64,000 nucleotides of DNA from Paraspadella gotoi (lineage: Eukaryota > Animalia > Chaetognatha). The translations under genes were made by a program, and so were the position numbers. Position 1 is the first letter of the stretch. Each line of letters starts with the position of its first letter. The stretch is taken from the NCBI GenBank assembly GCA_051294375.1, contig CM119271.1, positions 428,721 to 492,720 on the forward strand, given 5' to 3'. Positions 23,886-35,155 of this stretch are shown one piece after another. Below the pieces are notes generated by a model that worked only from the letters and a program-made list of their open reading frames with translations, searched no databases and was not told the DNA's origin.

Positions 23886-24095
23886 TGGTTATCTACGCCC
23901 AATATAAACATATTAAAAAATATAAAAATAAACAGGGTAAAACCAAAAATAGGCCAACTATTGAATTAGAGAATGAACCCATGATAAGAGTAATTAATTT
24001 ACTTTTTTAATTAATTTACTACTATATGCACATGGATTTGATGACCTCAATTACAGATGGTAATATACCAAGAAACCATCTGTTACAAACCTCAC

Positions 24096-26189
24096 CGGTT
24101 TAAAGACCCGGCAGTAGAACCGGGACCGGCTGGTCGAAGAGAACCCGAAGGCGCCATTCCTGAATTCAGGAAACAAAAATTGTTAAAATCATACTGTTTG
24201 TATTTCCGTTTGTTTATCCGTCCGTCTATTATTCAATTTCCTCACCGGCATCGCCCTCAGGAGTGGCGATGGTGCCAAGCCTATTTCCCAGCCTGATCGT
24301 CAGGTCGGGAGTGACCGGATCGGCGTTCTCGTCGGCGGGTGACATGATATCCTCCCAAAATGACAATTCGACGCCCGAAAGAAGAAGTTCCAACACATCC
24401 GCTTGTTTCTTTGGTTCATTCAACATCTGAAATATTGGAGAATAAAAACAGTAATTTATATTTCGAACTTTTTGCCTTTATTCTAAAAAAAATCCCTACT
24501 CGCCTGTAAAGCTTCGGGTTCGGCGGAGGAGTATCCGACGATAGTGGGTCCGAAGACCTTGGCCAGGTTGTAGACGGGCATCTTGGTGGCCGGAGATTTC
24601 GAGACGCGTGTCAGGTGCAGGAGAAGGAAGGCCAGGGTGTCCCTGTTTGGCTGCGGAAGCTGAGAGACGGTGTCCTTGGCCATGGCGACGGCGTGCTCGA
24701 CCTCGCCCGATCGGTAGATTTCGGCGGCGCGAACAAAGGAGCCCCACAGGCCGTAAGTAGTTACGGGCTCCTTGAGTTTGCGCAGGAAATGCTTCAGGCA
24801 GGAGCAAACGACGTGGATGTCCTCGACACGAGCCAGGTTGGGAACCCCCTTGCCGCGCTGAAACTTTTCTAGGAGATCCTTTACCATCGGGTCGGCACTG
24901 AAGATGATGAAAGGGTCAGAGAAGAGAGACTCGGGGAAAGGTATCTTTTTCCTTACCCGGGAACCCTGTAAATCCCCTGCTCCTTCATGCCCCTGGCTTC
25001 GACTTCTTTGGCGCAGTGGATGATTAAGGCAGGGATCATAGGCGCGTCCATGGGCGCGTAGTCGGCGAGAGTTCCTTGAATGACGGCGCCGCGCGGAGTG
25101 GCGTTTTGGGAGGCGGAGATACAGGGAAGGGGAACGAGATCGCGACATTCGGGGTGGCAGATGGAACTTGCGGGTGGTGAGGGAAAAACAAAAATAGAAA
25201 AGAATTGATTTTAAGCATTTTTTAAAACAATTGTCCGTTTGTTTTAAGTTATAATTGATTAGAATCTCAACAGGATCATGTTCCAAAAACCAACCGACAA
25301 TCTCGACACTTGTAGGCTATTTTTCCGAACGTGATCCTCTTTCCGCAAGGGTTACAAGGCTCCATCTTGACGATGGTCTTTTGGACGAACGCGTGAGGAC
25401 GCGCTAGACCGCCGCGTCCAGTAGTCGACGGCGTCAGGCAAGGAGAGAGGACTGAAGAAGGCGTCTTCCTTAGACTTGGGGGAAAAAAAAAAAAAAAAGG
25501 ATTAGTAGAACGAGGCGTTTAACCTTAATTCAATTTTTAACTTATTTATTACCTGGCGGGCGTTCGATTGGTTACATTCTTCGGCCCCGGCGTGAGTAAT
25601 TCCGAGGGCCTCGTTCCAACGCAGCCTCCACCGCCTCCGCCACCGACGTCCCAAAATGAGTCGACGGAATGACGATCGTCATCTCGAGCATTGATGTTTT
25701 GACGACCCGATTGAGGGGGGCGTTCGTCCATCGGAGGCGCCGTTGCTTGTTCGAAGTTGGAAGGCGTCTAAAAAGGTTGATGAGATGAGGTAAGTCGAGG
25801 GAGAAAATGCATTTATGAGGATTGAGGAGGTGAGTGAAATGACGACAGATTTAGTTCCATCTTTAAGAACCTGTTTCTTGGCCGGCGCCGGATGGTCATT
25901 TTCGATGACGTCTAGCAGCGGAGCCGAGGGGCGTTTCCCGCTGCGACGACCCTTTGATGAACTGCGAGAGAGAGAGAGAAAAAAAGACATTATTTACAAA
26001 GCAAAAGGCCCTCAAAAATGAGATGATGATCACCCACCGACGCCTTCCGCCGCTGCGCCTGTTGGTGACGTTGAAGGAGGCGTCGCCGGTCAAGGCAGAG
26101 TTAAAGGCGTCTTCTTCTTCGGTTTTGTCGTAGGAAATGTCGTCGTCGAGGATGGAGTTGGAGGATTCGTTGATCGTGTCCAACGCCCT

Positions 26190-26276
<87 letters not shown>

Positions 26277-27193
26277 TGACAAAATTCTTCTAAGTCGTGT
26301 ATGACTTTAAACAAATTTAAAATAGATATCAAGGTAAAGCTTTATCGTCTTACCTTTTGGGCGTGGTCCTCGAAGGCGGGGCACCGCCTTGACCCATGTG
26401 AAGGCCGGCATCGGCTGACTGATTCCATCCGGCGCCGGGCTGTGCCGACCCGGCGCCGTTTTGTCCCTTCGACGTCAACACGGGCGCCAAGAGTTCGCGA
26501 TTAAAATCTGGACGGCGTAGCATTTAATAATCAAGTCTATAAATACAAACTGCAATTAACAAGTTTATCTTTATTAAATTCATTTATCGTTACTTTATAC
26601 TTACCAGTGACAATCGAATTGTTCTTTTTATCGACGAGCATTTCCCTGATGAGGCCTATCTGACGATCCAAGGAATCCCGCGCCTTCTCCGCGTTCAAGC
26701 GCCGCTCCATTTCGATATGAATTTGATTCCTGTCGAGTTAAAAAAAAACTTTCGAAAGCTGGGTTGTTTCCTGCTTGTTTTGTTACTGTTGTTTTGTTGC
26801 TTGCCTGGCATGCTTGAGTTGCGTCTCCAGCGCGGTTCGTTCCGAGCCGAGTTTCTTAACTAGCGTCTCGCATCGAGTGTGATCTTCCGTCACAGAGAGC
26901 CATATCTTGCGCGCTTTTTCGTTTTGTCGCAGGATGGCGATCATTTCTGGGAAATGGTTAGGATTGACAAGAGAAATCGTCACTTGGCGAAAAAGAACGG
27001 GATGAGAATAGATGTGTCGACTGTTGGAGGTTAGAAAAGGACTAGAGAAATGGAGTGCGGTGGCCAACCTCCCCTTACCTTCTTCCTGTCCCGCAGAAAG
27101 AACTGTTCCGTGCCGCACGAGCTCGTCGAACTGCGCCAGGAGCGAGAGGGGCTTTCGTCCCGCCCTCGGCGGCGGATGCGGCTTCGTCGACAT
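24096..27193 (-). CDS. RACGAP1: Rac GTPase-activating protein 1 (MgcRacGAP/CYK-4/tumbleweed), at least 12 exons; terminal exon unresolved
   Basis: Coiled coil [19 protein letters not shown]; [10 protein letters not shown]; C1 domain [50 protein letters not shown]; RhoGAP region [56 protein letters not shown]. Confidence 0.93.
26191..26273. repeat. (GA)n microsatellite forming the polypyrimidine tract of a RacGAP1 intron
   Basis: Directly visible; abuts the acceptor at ~26189. Confidence 0.95.
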
Positions 27194-28041
27194 TTCCGAT
27201 TTTTTTTTTTTTTTTATACTTTTATTATAAAATTTTCATCTTTTTATCATTTAATCCAAGAAAATAAAAATTCGAGACTAAATTACGAAAAACCTGGGGC
27301 AAGAAGAGAAAAAAAAAGTTTGTACGCTACATCGAAACAGGAAACAAGGAAAAAAAAAAAAAAAAAAATTCAATGTGAGACAATTTTCATACACTCACGC
27401 ACACACCGAAAATGAAAAAAGGGGTAATTATAATCAACTACAAACTACATCGAAACCCCGAATTGATGTGACGATGTAACCGGAGAGCGTACGGATCGCT
27501 TAGTTCTTCATACGCAAAGAGAAACGTAAAAATGGAGAGAGTGAACAAACAACAAAACGACTAAATAAGACTAAATAAAACTAATGACGAAAAAGAGGGT
27601 GATTTCGAGATATCTTCTCTTGAACATTTTCAATTGTAAATTAATTCTGAAGGAGAATGCTAATCGTGTATTCTGAGTAAAACACGAGAAACGTGGGAAA
27701 AAAGGATAAAAAATACAGAAGGATTCACATTATAAAATAGGTTCCCTTTTTTTACCAGAATCTGTTACCATCAAATTACCCGGTCGATTTTTTTACATTT
27801 AGAGTGCTAATGACAATATAAATGCAACTATCGAGGCGAATTTTGATATTCAACCCTTGATAAAAGATACAGGGCCCTGGGGGTGGAGCCCTGGGAGGCG
27901 AAAAAAGGCTAAAAATTTTTATAAATTTTTTATCCATAGTATAATCCTTGTTGTTTAAAGCGCTAATGTAATGAAGACTCAAAATGTTTTTAGAGTCAAA
28001 ACATGTCTGCATTATAAAATACAAAATCGTTGTTAATAAAC

Positions 28042-28276
28042 TATGGTGGACTAAAATCCACCAACCGTTCATCAGCGGTCATTGGTGCCGGAGGCAAGTC
28101 ATTCGCCTCCCAACCCAAAGGTCCGGGGTTCTAGCCTGGTGGCCGCCTAGCAGTTAAGAGGGACGGGGCGCTTAACCCGCCTGTAACATGGTGTTACAGC
28201 CTGATCCGAAGCTCAGGGACTGCTTATATTGAACGGTTCTGTCATTAACACTTATCAATAATTACTGTCTCTTCAA
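28042..28276 (+). mobile_element. Family A tRNA-twister short element, best-preserved copy
   Basis: 5' hairpin TGGTGGA/TCCACCA; 72-nt tRNA-like unit at 28075-28146; twister at 28150-28223; enclosing helix AACCGTTCA/TGAACGGTT. Confidence 0.85.
28150..28223 (+). ncRNA. Twister ribozyme motif, type P5; predicted cleavage between 28173 and 28174
   Basis: P5 GCAGT/ACTGC; GACGG; TAA; P2 CCC/GAGG (bulged A); GCC..G; P3 TGTAACA/TGTTACA; P4 CCTGA/TCAGG; L4 TCCGAAGC; T1 CCG:CGG; T2 GC:GC. Confidence 0.82.
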
Positions 28277-29018
28277 AACCTAATAAATTCTTTGTAAATT
28301 TGTAATTTTTAAATTTTTTTTTAGTAGCATCAGGTCCATTGACGTTTTAAACATGAAAAAAAGTACATAGTGATCTCGCCAGACGTTACTATCTAAAAAA
28401 ATAATGAAAAAAAAAGTGAATGGCTGATGCGCCAACAAATTATTAATGTAAGTCGTTGACTGATATAATAGCAATTGATTGATTGATAATATAGTAATGG
28501 ATTGATTGATATAATAGTAATGGAATATTGATAATAATCATTCATTGATGCGATGATAATCATTGATTAACACAATGATAATCATCCATTGACGCGATGA
28601 GTCATCGTAAATAAAACAAACAAATGCATGTATGAGAAAAAGAGAGAAAAAAGATAATGAAAAGCTGGACCGCTGCTCCAGAGCAAACTTGTTTTTAGAC
28701 AAACCAGAAAAAAAATAAAAAGAGCAACTTATAATTAAAAGCGAGAGAAAAAGAGAAATAAAAAAAACTGGACAGCCGCTGTAACAGATTAATTTGTGGA
28801 TTTGAAAAACTCAATCATATTCTGATTAAGATTTGATAAATTTCATTATCCATCGTTATTTCGTTTCGTTTCGTTGTGTTTAGATGATAGAAAGCGTTTT
28901 TAGATTGATCAACCACTATTCTTCTTTCAACTGTGTTGGAAACTTTGCCCTCTCTCTTTCTCTCTCTCTCTCTCTCATTTCCTTTGCACAAATCTTTTGT
29001 AAATTCACAATTATCTCT

Positions 29019-29063
29019 GACGCCGATGAAGGCTTGTACAACTAAAGCCGAAACATGTCCGTC
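29019..29063 (+). ncRNA. Minimal hammerhead motif (variant core) in a PLE pseudo-LTR remnant
   Basis: GACG-CCGATGAA-GGCTT..AAGCC-GAAA-CATG-TC-CGTC, followed by AATAAA. Confidence 0.7.
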
Positions 29064-29799
29064 TCATACTAATAAAATCGTTGTTTGATCAATCTAAAAA
29101 CGCTTTCTATAATTTCATTATCATAATTACTAGTTTACAACTTTAATTATTCTTGTACAGCCGCTGCGAAGCTGAACTCGTTTATATATATAAAAATTAT
29201 TTTATAAATAAAATATACAAATAAATATAAGAATATAAAACAACAATTTAAAAGACCTCAATGATGAGAAGTCATATCTAAATTTTCAGCTTCCGATGGT
29301 TATACACTAAGACTATTTTCAATATTAAAACAGCGTAACAACGAGGACGACTATGGTCAAAAGAGAAACAAATTAACAATTAACAAATTAACAATTAATA
29401 AATTTTCAATAATTAAGCATGGTTTGAAGATGCATGGTTCATCGTTTACTTCAATTTTCCCAAATTATTGAAATGCCGATGTTCATGATGCTAAAAATTA
29501 ATTAAAATTAATTTACTAATATTTTTGAGGAGACAATTACGTTTTTGTGGAAGAGAAAACGTCTATGCAACTGTTCAAAACATATCTCGGCTCAGGGATC
29601 AAATATTGAAATTCGACTCGAAAATTCTATCATAAGGATCGTTCATACCAAATTTCAATAAATTTTGTTCAGTAGTTTTCTCGGAACGAGTTCTGGTCAC
29701 AAAAAAGGGGTACTGTGGACGTTTTATAAGATGAAGCCTTCTGTATACATCACTGTCTGTCGAAAAATCAGAGATCAATTCATACACAGACAAATTAAA

Positions 29800-30440
29800 A
29801 ACAAGTTTGAGCAAACGATGTCTGATCTGCCCACGATAATTAAGTGGTAATCAGCTAAATAAATATATAAATTGCATTATTCTTTCAACTTGCATCATTC
29901 TTTCAAATTGCATCATTTTTTGACTAAAGCATAAATATTAAAAATTCAAGTCAACTTGACTTCGGTTTTTTCCATGCAAACTCATTTCCATTCCTCGATT
30001 CCAATGAAACCTTATATCCTGCGCATTATTTCATCCCATTCTATCCATTCTATCCATGAATAAATCGATTAATTATGGATTAAAATTATTAAGAAGATTC
30101 AAATAAAAGTGACTTATGTTTTTTCCATTTAAACTCATTTCCACTTGCACGATTTCATCAAAACTTTATATCCATTTCAATCACACACTTTCTTACCCGC
30201 ACATAAAATTTCATTTTAATCCAACCATCCAATCATGAATAATTTGACTTTTTTGCTAAGGGGGGACGGACACACAAACAGACAGACGGAGGGACGGACG
30301 GACAGACGGACATTTTGCTTAATTAAGCCTAATATGATGTTCTGATGTGATATTTACCGACAAGATTTAAGGGTGGGACCGACGGACCGACAAAGTGAAT
30401 TATAGAGTCGGAATCTGCTGATAAGCAGATCCGACTAAAA
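29800..30440. mobile_element. Non-autonomous repeat with a GACG/GACA microsatellite, HINE/Helentron-like
   Basis: Shares ACAAGTTTGAGCAAA..GATCTGCCCACGAT and GACAAAGTGAATTATAGAGTCGG..GCAGATCCGACTAAAA blocks with 43195-44240; the class is inferred. Confidence 0.5.
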
Positions 30441-30787
30441 AGATGACGGCAGCCGTTACCGCCGGCCTTCGTTGGTCAAAAATACCAACCGCATCGTTGA
30501 AAAAAAAAAAAAAAAAAAAAACTGAGGCCGCCTCGAACTAAAAAAAACAAAAACAACTACTGCACGCGCTCTCACGCACGTTTTTACCGCATTCGGACAC
30601 ACCCATTTATATATATATACGTATAAGTTAAAAATAATTGAGTGGACTAGCATGTAGTAAACGCAAACCCCAAACCAACCTGGACCTCGACCACCCTGGA
30701 TATATATAGAATATATATTAAGTTATCTAATTTATATTCCACAAACCCGTCCTCGCCCCCTCTCTTTCTCTCCTTCTCTCTCTCCGC

Positions 30788-33591
30788 TCAGTCCTCGTCG
30801 TCGCCCTCCCCAGCGAACACCCCCGGATCGTCGGTAGAGGATATGAGATCTTCGAAGAGGTACTGCGGCTCGTTGAGGTAGTCCTTGAGCCGCTGGGGGA
30901 TCGGCAACTCCTTAACGTTGTCCCGCCGCGTCGATTTGAGGACGACGAATCGGCAGAGGTGGTGCAGGGTGGGGACCTTTAGAGTATAGGGGGGTTGGGG
31001 GTGGGATTAAGTTATTGATACAGACCGAACCATTGATCAAGACCAAACCTTAAAAAGGCGCGACACCGGGTGAAGAAGAAGCAAGGGCATGGGTGGAGTG
31101 GCGGTCCCCGCGGGACGAAGAAAGTACATGAACTTCCCGTTTCGCGAGTTGGTCATGCATTTCTCGATGAAGTCGACGATGGTGTCGCAGCCGTGCGTCC
31201 ACGGCTGCTGCCAAAAGGAGAACAAGCCTGGAAAATGGGGGAGAGATGGAGGGAGAATTTCAAGATACTATTGTTGTTGATACTAGAGTTTAATACTTAA
31301 GTTTAATACCGCAAAACAAAACGAGTTAAAAACCTTTGTAGTGTTGGATTCGCGTGTGTAGAGTGCGGCCGTGACAGCGAATGGACAAACTTAGGATGTA
31401 CCTATCGAGAGAATTAAAAAATAGAAAACTTATTGAGTTATAAAGAAATTAAATAAAAAATAAAAATACTTATTTTTCTCAAACCTATCGTCAGAGGAAT
31501 CCCTGACTAGAAAGGATCCGTCCAACTTGTCCCTCAAAATAATGCTGGCTTCTTCCCATGACAAAGGCCCCCAGTACCACCCGCACTCTTTGAGCCTCTC
31601 GATCGACTTGGCGAACATGTCGGCGCTCTTGGCGGAGTCGCCGTTCCCAGTGGCGCCGCATCCGAGTCGAAGTGACGCCACGTCGTCGGTAGTCATGGAG
31701 GTGACTATCTGCCCAGCCGGGAGACCGGACGTTCCGCTTCCGGACGCGCCCTCCAAAGTCGGCAGCTCCATCATATTGTCGATGGACTGGACGCGACGAC
31801 GCCGGGGCGGCAGTTCCGGCGGCGGTTCGTCTTCGGCCTCGACTACAGCGCCGCCGGAAAGAGACCGGCCGCTTCTTCCGGTTCCGGGGAATCGACACTC
31901 CAGTGGTTCCTCGACGTCGCGGCAAAGATTAGCGGAGGCGAGTCGGGCATCGGCGTCCTTGGAATCCGCGGCGGCGGAGACAAATGCGGCCGACTGCACT
32001 ATGCCAACGGGGGTACGACCGTCCCTTGGAGGCGAAGGGGAAGAGGGGGAGGGGCGGAGGTCAGCGTCATCGCCGGAAGCAAAGTCTAGCCCATGGCGCA
32101 GCGATTGGGTTGCAGAGGGAGAGGCGTCCAATTCCTCGCCGAGGGGAGGGTGAGCGGGTGGCGCGGGCGGCGCCGATCTTAGCAAAGTTGACAAGTCGGC
32201 GTCGAGTTCCCGGCGCCGTGTTAGCGTGCAGGTTCGGCCGTCCGACGCCACCACTCGGTCGGTGAGGAGTTCGTGCTTTAGCTTGACAGAGCTGTTGACG
32301 CCGGCGGCGCCGCATTTTCGATCGACGTCGACGCCGGAAGTCAACGAAGCGGATTTTTTGAATTTTGACCGAAAAGTTTTTGACCAGGCGGCCAGTCGCT
32401 GAGATAGGCGTTTGCGAAGGACCTGGGGCGAGAATGATTACAACTCTGATTACAACTCTAATTTAATTTATATTAAATTAAATTCAGCAGTTCACAAATA
32501 ACCTACTCTTGTATGAAATTGATACAACCAATACCAAAAAAATGTATTCAATAATCTTAAATAATTTGGACTTCTTATTTGGTGGACTAAAAATCCACCA
32601 ACCGTTCATCAGCGGCCATTGGTGCCGAAGGCAAGTCATTCGCCTCCCAACCCAAAGGTCCGGTGGTCGCCTGGCAGTTAAGAAGGACGGGGCGCTTAAC
32701 CCGCCTGTAACACGGTGTTACAGTTCTGTCACTAACACATAACAATAATTACTGTCTCTTCAATAATGTCTATTTAGATGTCTAATTATAAAACTAGGGC
32801 AGAAAGAAACTTTTAACTTGTGCTGTATAGATGCTCCTGTGGCGAATCCTAAATTCACCTCCCGTATCGCTTGGTGAAACTCAGCTCGTCCCATTGGCTT
32901 GGACAGCTAAGTACTCGTTCACCAACCGTGAGTTCCGGGTTCAATCCCCTCATGGTCACGCTGGTTAAAGTGTGATGGGGTCGGCATAAACACGCCAGTG
33001 ACATGGGAAGGTCACTGCAGGTCCAAAGCCCTGAGCGCCAGTTGTCGGGAAATGCCTCACACCCCAGCCTGGGGCCCAGGCATCACACATGTCCCTGCGT
33101 TGCCATAGTATCTCATTTTAAAATAATAAGCCTTCAGTACATAGTTTCTTATCTCGAATAAAAAAATAATAACATTTTTCAATTATCCGCCTCAATTAAT
33201 TATTTTAAATATCAACTAAAATATCAACGAAACCAACCGGGTGATTGTTATTGGGTCGAGAGGCGACGCTGCCGTCCTCGTCCTCAATCTCTTCGTCCTC
33301 GTCGTCGGATGCTCGACGGGCGACGTCCTTCACCTGCAGCTTACGAAGGGTGAGCGGCGAGGGAGGCGGCGACGGAAATGGGCAGTGATGGCGGGCGGCG
33401 GGGGAAAAGGCGGTGAATCGAGGCGGGGTGGGAGAAGAATCGGGGGTGAAGCGGGCCGTTGGGAGGACTCGAGCGGCGTCGAAAGGATGAACGACGCCGT
33501 TGAGAACCGCGACGCCGGAAGAGTCGTCCCGGGAAACGGCGTTCTTCGACTCCGGAGGCGGAGTGACTCGGGAGGAACCGCCTTCGGCCAT
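30788..33591 (-). CDS. SOCS7: Suppressor of cytokine signalling 7-like protein (SH2 + SOCS box), 5 coding exons
   Basis: GWYWGPLSWEEA..DGSFLVRDSSDDRYILSLSIRCHGRTLHTRIQHYKGLFSFW..SRNGKFMYFLR..LLHPVSR..VPTLHHLCRFVV..LPIPQRLKDYL; start in a GCCGCCATGG context. Confidence 0.88.
32580..32763 (+). mobile_element. Family A element, internally deleted copy 5 (T-arm and twister P4/L4 lost), SOCS7 intron 1
   Basis: Aligns to 28042-28276 with two deletions. Confidence 0.8.
32829..33113 (+). mobile_element. Family B tRNA-derived short element with a twister motif
   Basis: tRNA-like head at ~32888-32958 with B-box GGTTCAATCCC, followed by a twister; weakly complementary ends (AGATGCT..GTGGCGA / TTGCCATAGTATCT). 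Confidence 0.7.
32959..33042 (+). ncRNA. Twister ribozyme motif, type P5; predicted cleavage between 32987 and 32988
   Basis: GTGT-GATGG-ggtcggca-TAA-ACAC-GCC-AGTGAC..GTCACT-G-CAGG-TCCAAAGC-CCTG: 4-bp P2, 6-bp P3, 4-bp P4, T1 CCA:TGG. Confidence 0.82.
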
Positions 33592-35155
33592 GGCGGCTGA
33601 AGGGTAAAAACTCCTCGGCCTCCCGAGCGGGGTCGACGGGGGTCGTGGAGAAGGTCTTAGGATCACGAAGAAACCCTCATCGTCCCTCGACTCGCGGACG
33701 TCATGGAGGAAAGAGACACTTTCTTTGCCTCCGTAAAATATTCATCGTGTGGACGCAACAAGTTTCAGTTTCAGTTTCAGTTTCAGTCGAGTAATTTTTA
33801 TCAAATCACTAAAATAATATTTAAAAATGATAAAGCAAGAAAGTAAAGAATCTATTCGATTATGTTCCAAACTGAAAAAGGAGGAATCGATTCATGCATA
33901 ATTAAAAAGATCAGACGATGGAAAAAAAGAGACAGGACCATACAAGGACGGTTTAACGGGTGAAATATAATAATAATTAAAAAATATATATATACCTGTG
34001 TATATATAATATATATGTATCGATGCTGTAAAGTGCAGTTTGAATGAAAATAAAAATCTTTCGGGTGATTCTTGAAAGAAGTTTATCCAAGTCAGGTTAT
34101 GAATATTAATAACTGCGTGTATATATATATATCTTTTTTACGTGACGGCTAAACGAATACGGACCACGGACCACAAAATAAAAAATGGGAAACATGCAGG
34201 TACAGAAAAATATTTAAATTTTGGCATAATTAGAGTATGCATTAATGCAAGAATTTTCTTCGGGACAGTTTTTCTTTTATTCAAAAGGCAAGTGGATGAT
34301 ATGTCAATTGACGAATGATAAAACGAAGACACTAAGTGACAATCACTTATTTCAATTATAAGTAAAAAAGTTAAAAGGCCGAAAAAAACGCTAACCCTCT
34401 CACGAAAACCCCGAAATATGGTAAGGTGGATAAAAGCGAAATAACAACCCACTGTAAAGACAATGCCCCAATAAAAAATATCAAGATCACTTGCAAACGA
34501 CGGGTGCCAAAGCCCAGCCAGGAATAAAACCGTGTAAATTTTTATCTAGATTAAGGTACCTTTTTGGCAAGGCACAAGAGTTGAAAGAATCGGTACTATG
34601 TCAAATGGAGAATTACAAAATATAATCCGAGCCCTCGATCATAAAAAAGTATTATTAAATCGCTTGACAAAGGATCTTTGTCTCTCTTGTTCAATGTTAA
34701 GGAACAACTAACTATTCTCAAAAATAAGGCTGAACAAAGACGCAAATACCGAATAATCATTATGGTTAGAATGCAATATAATGTACTATTAAGTAACTAC
34801 GGCCATCGATTACAATACATCACATAAATACGTGTCTGTAACTCGCGTATCGGCAAAAAGATTGCCCCATCTTATCTCAAATTAACGATCAATTAAAAAA
34901 AAGTTCAAGAAAAAAGAAAATCTCTGTCAAAAACATGCACTGACAGTCAACATGCAAAATTCCATCATGAAAAAATGTGAGTTCCGGAAAAAATCTCTTT
35001 CAGTGCTTTTTTTATTTCTGTTACGACAAAAATCCTTTCATCAGTTTCGCCACGAGTAATATATTATTTAATATTCGTACACATGTGCGTTCGATATGTA
35101 TGTAAAAAGTTTTATGAGTTAAATAAAAGCTGCGTGCGCTCCGCGACGCTTTTCG

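Larger units (their letters stand above)
27716..29743. mobile_element. TA-flanked MITE (family of 5179-5888) carrying several nested insertions
   Basis: Degenerate TIRs with TA flanks; contains a family A element, a minisatellite element and PLE remnants. Confidence 0.75.

Noticed and set aside
28075-28146. Functional tRNA-Gly gene
   Set aside because: The anticodon stem does not pair and the T-loop is non-canonical; treated as a tRNA-derived head.
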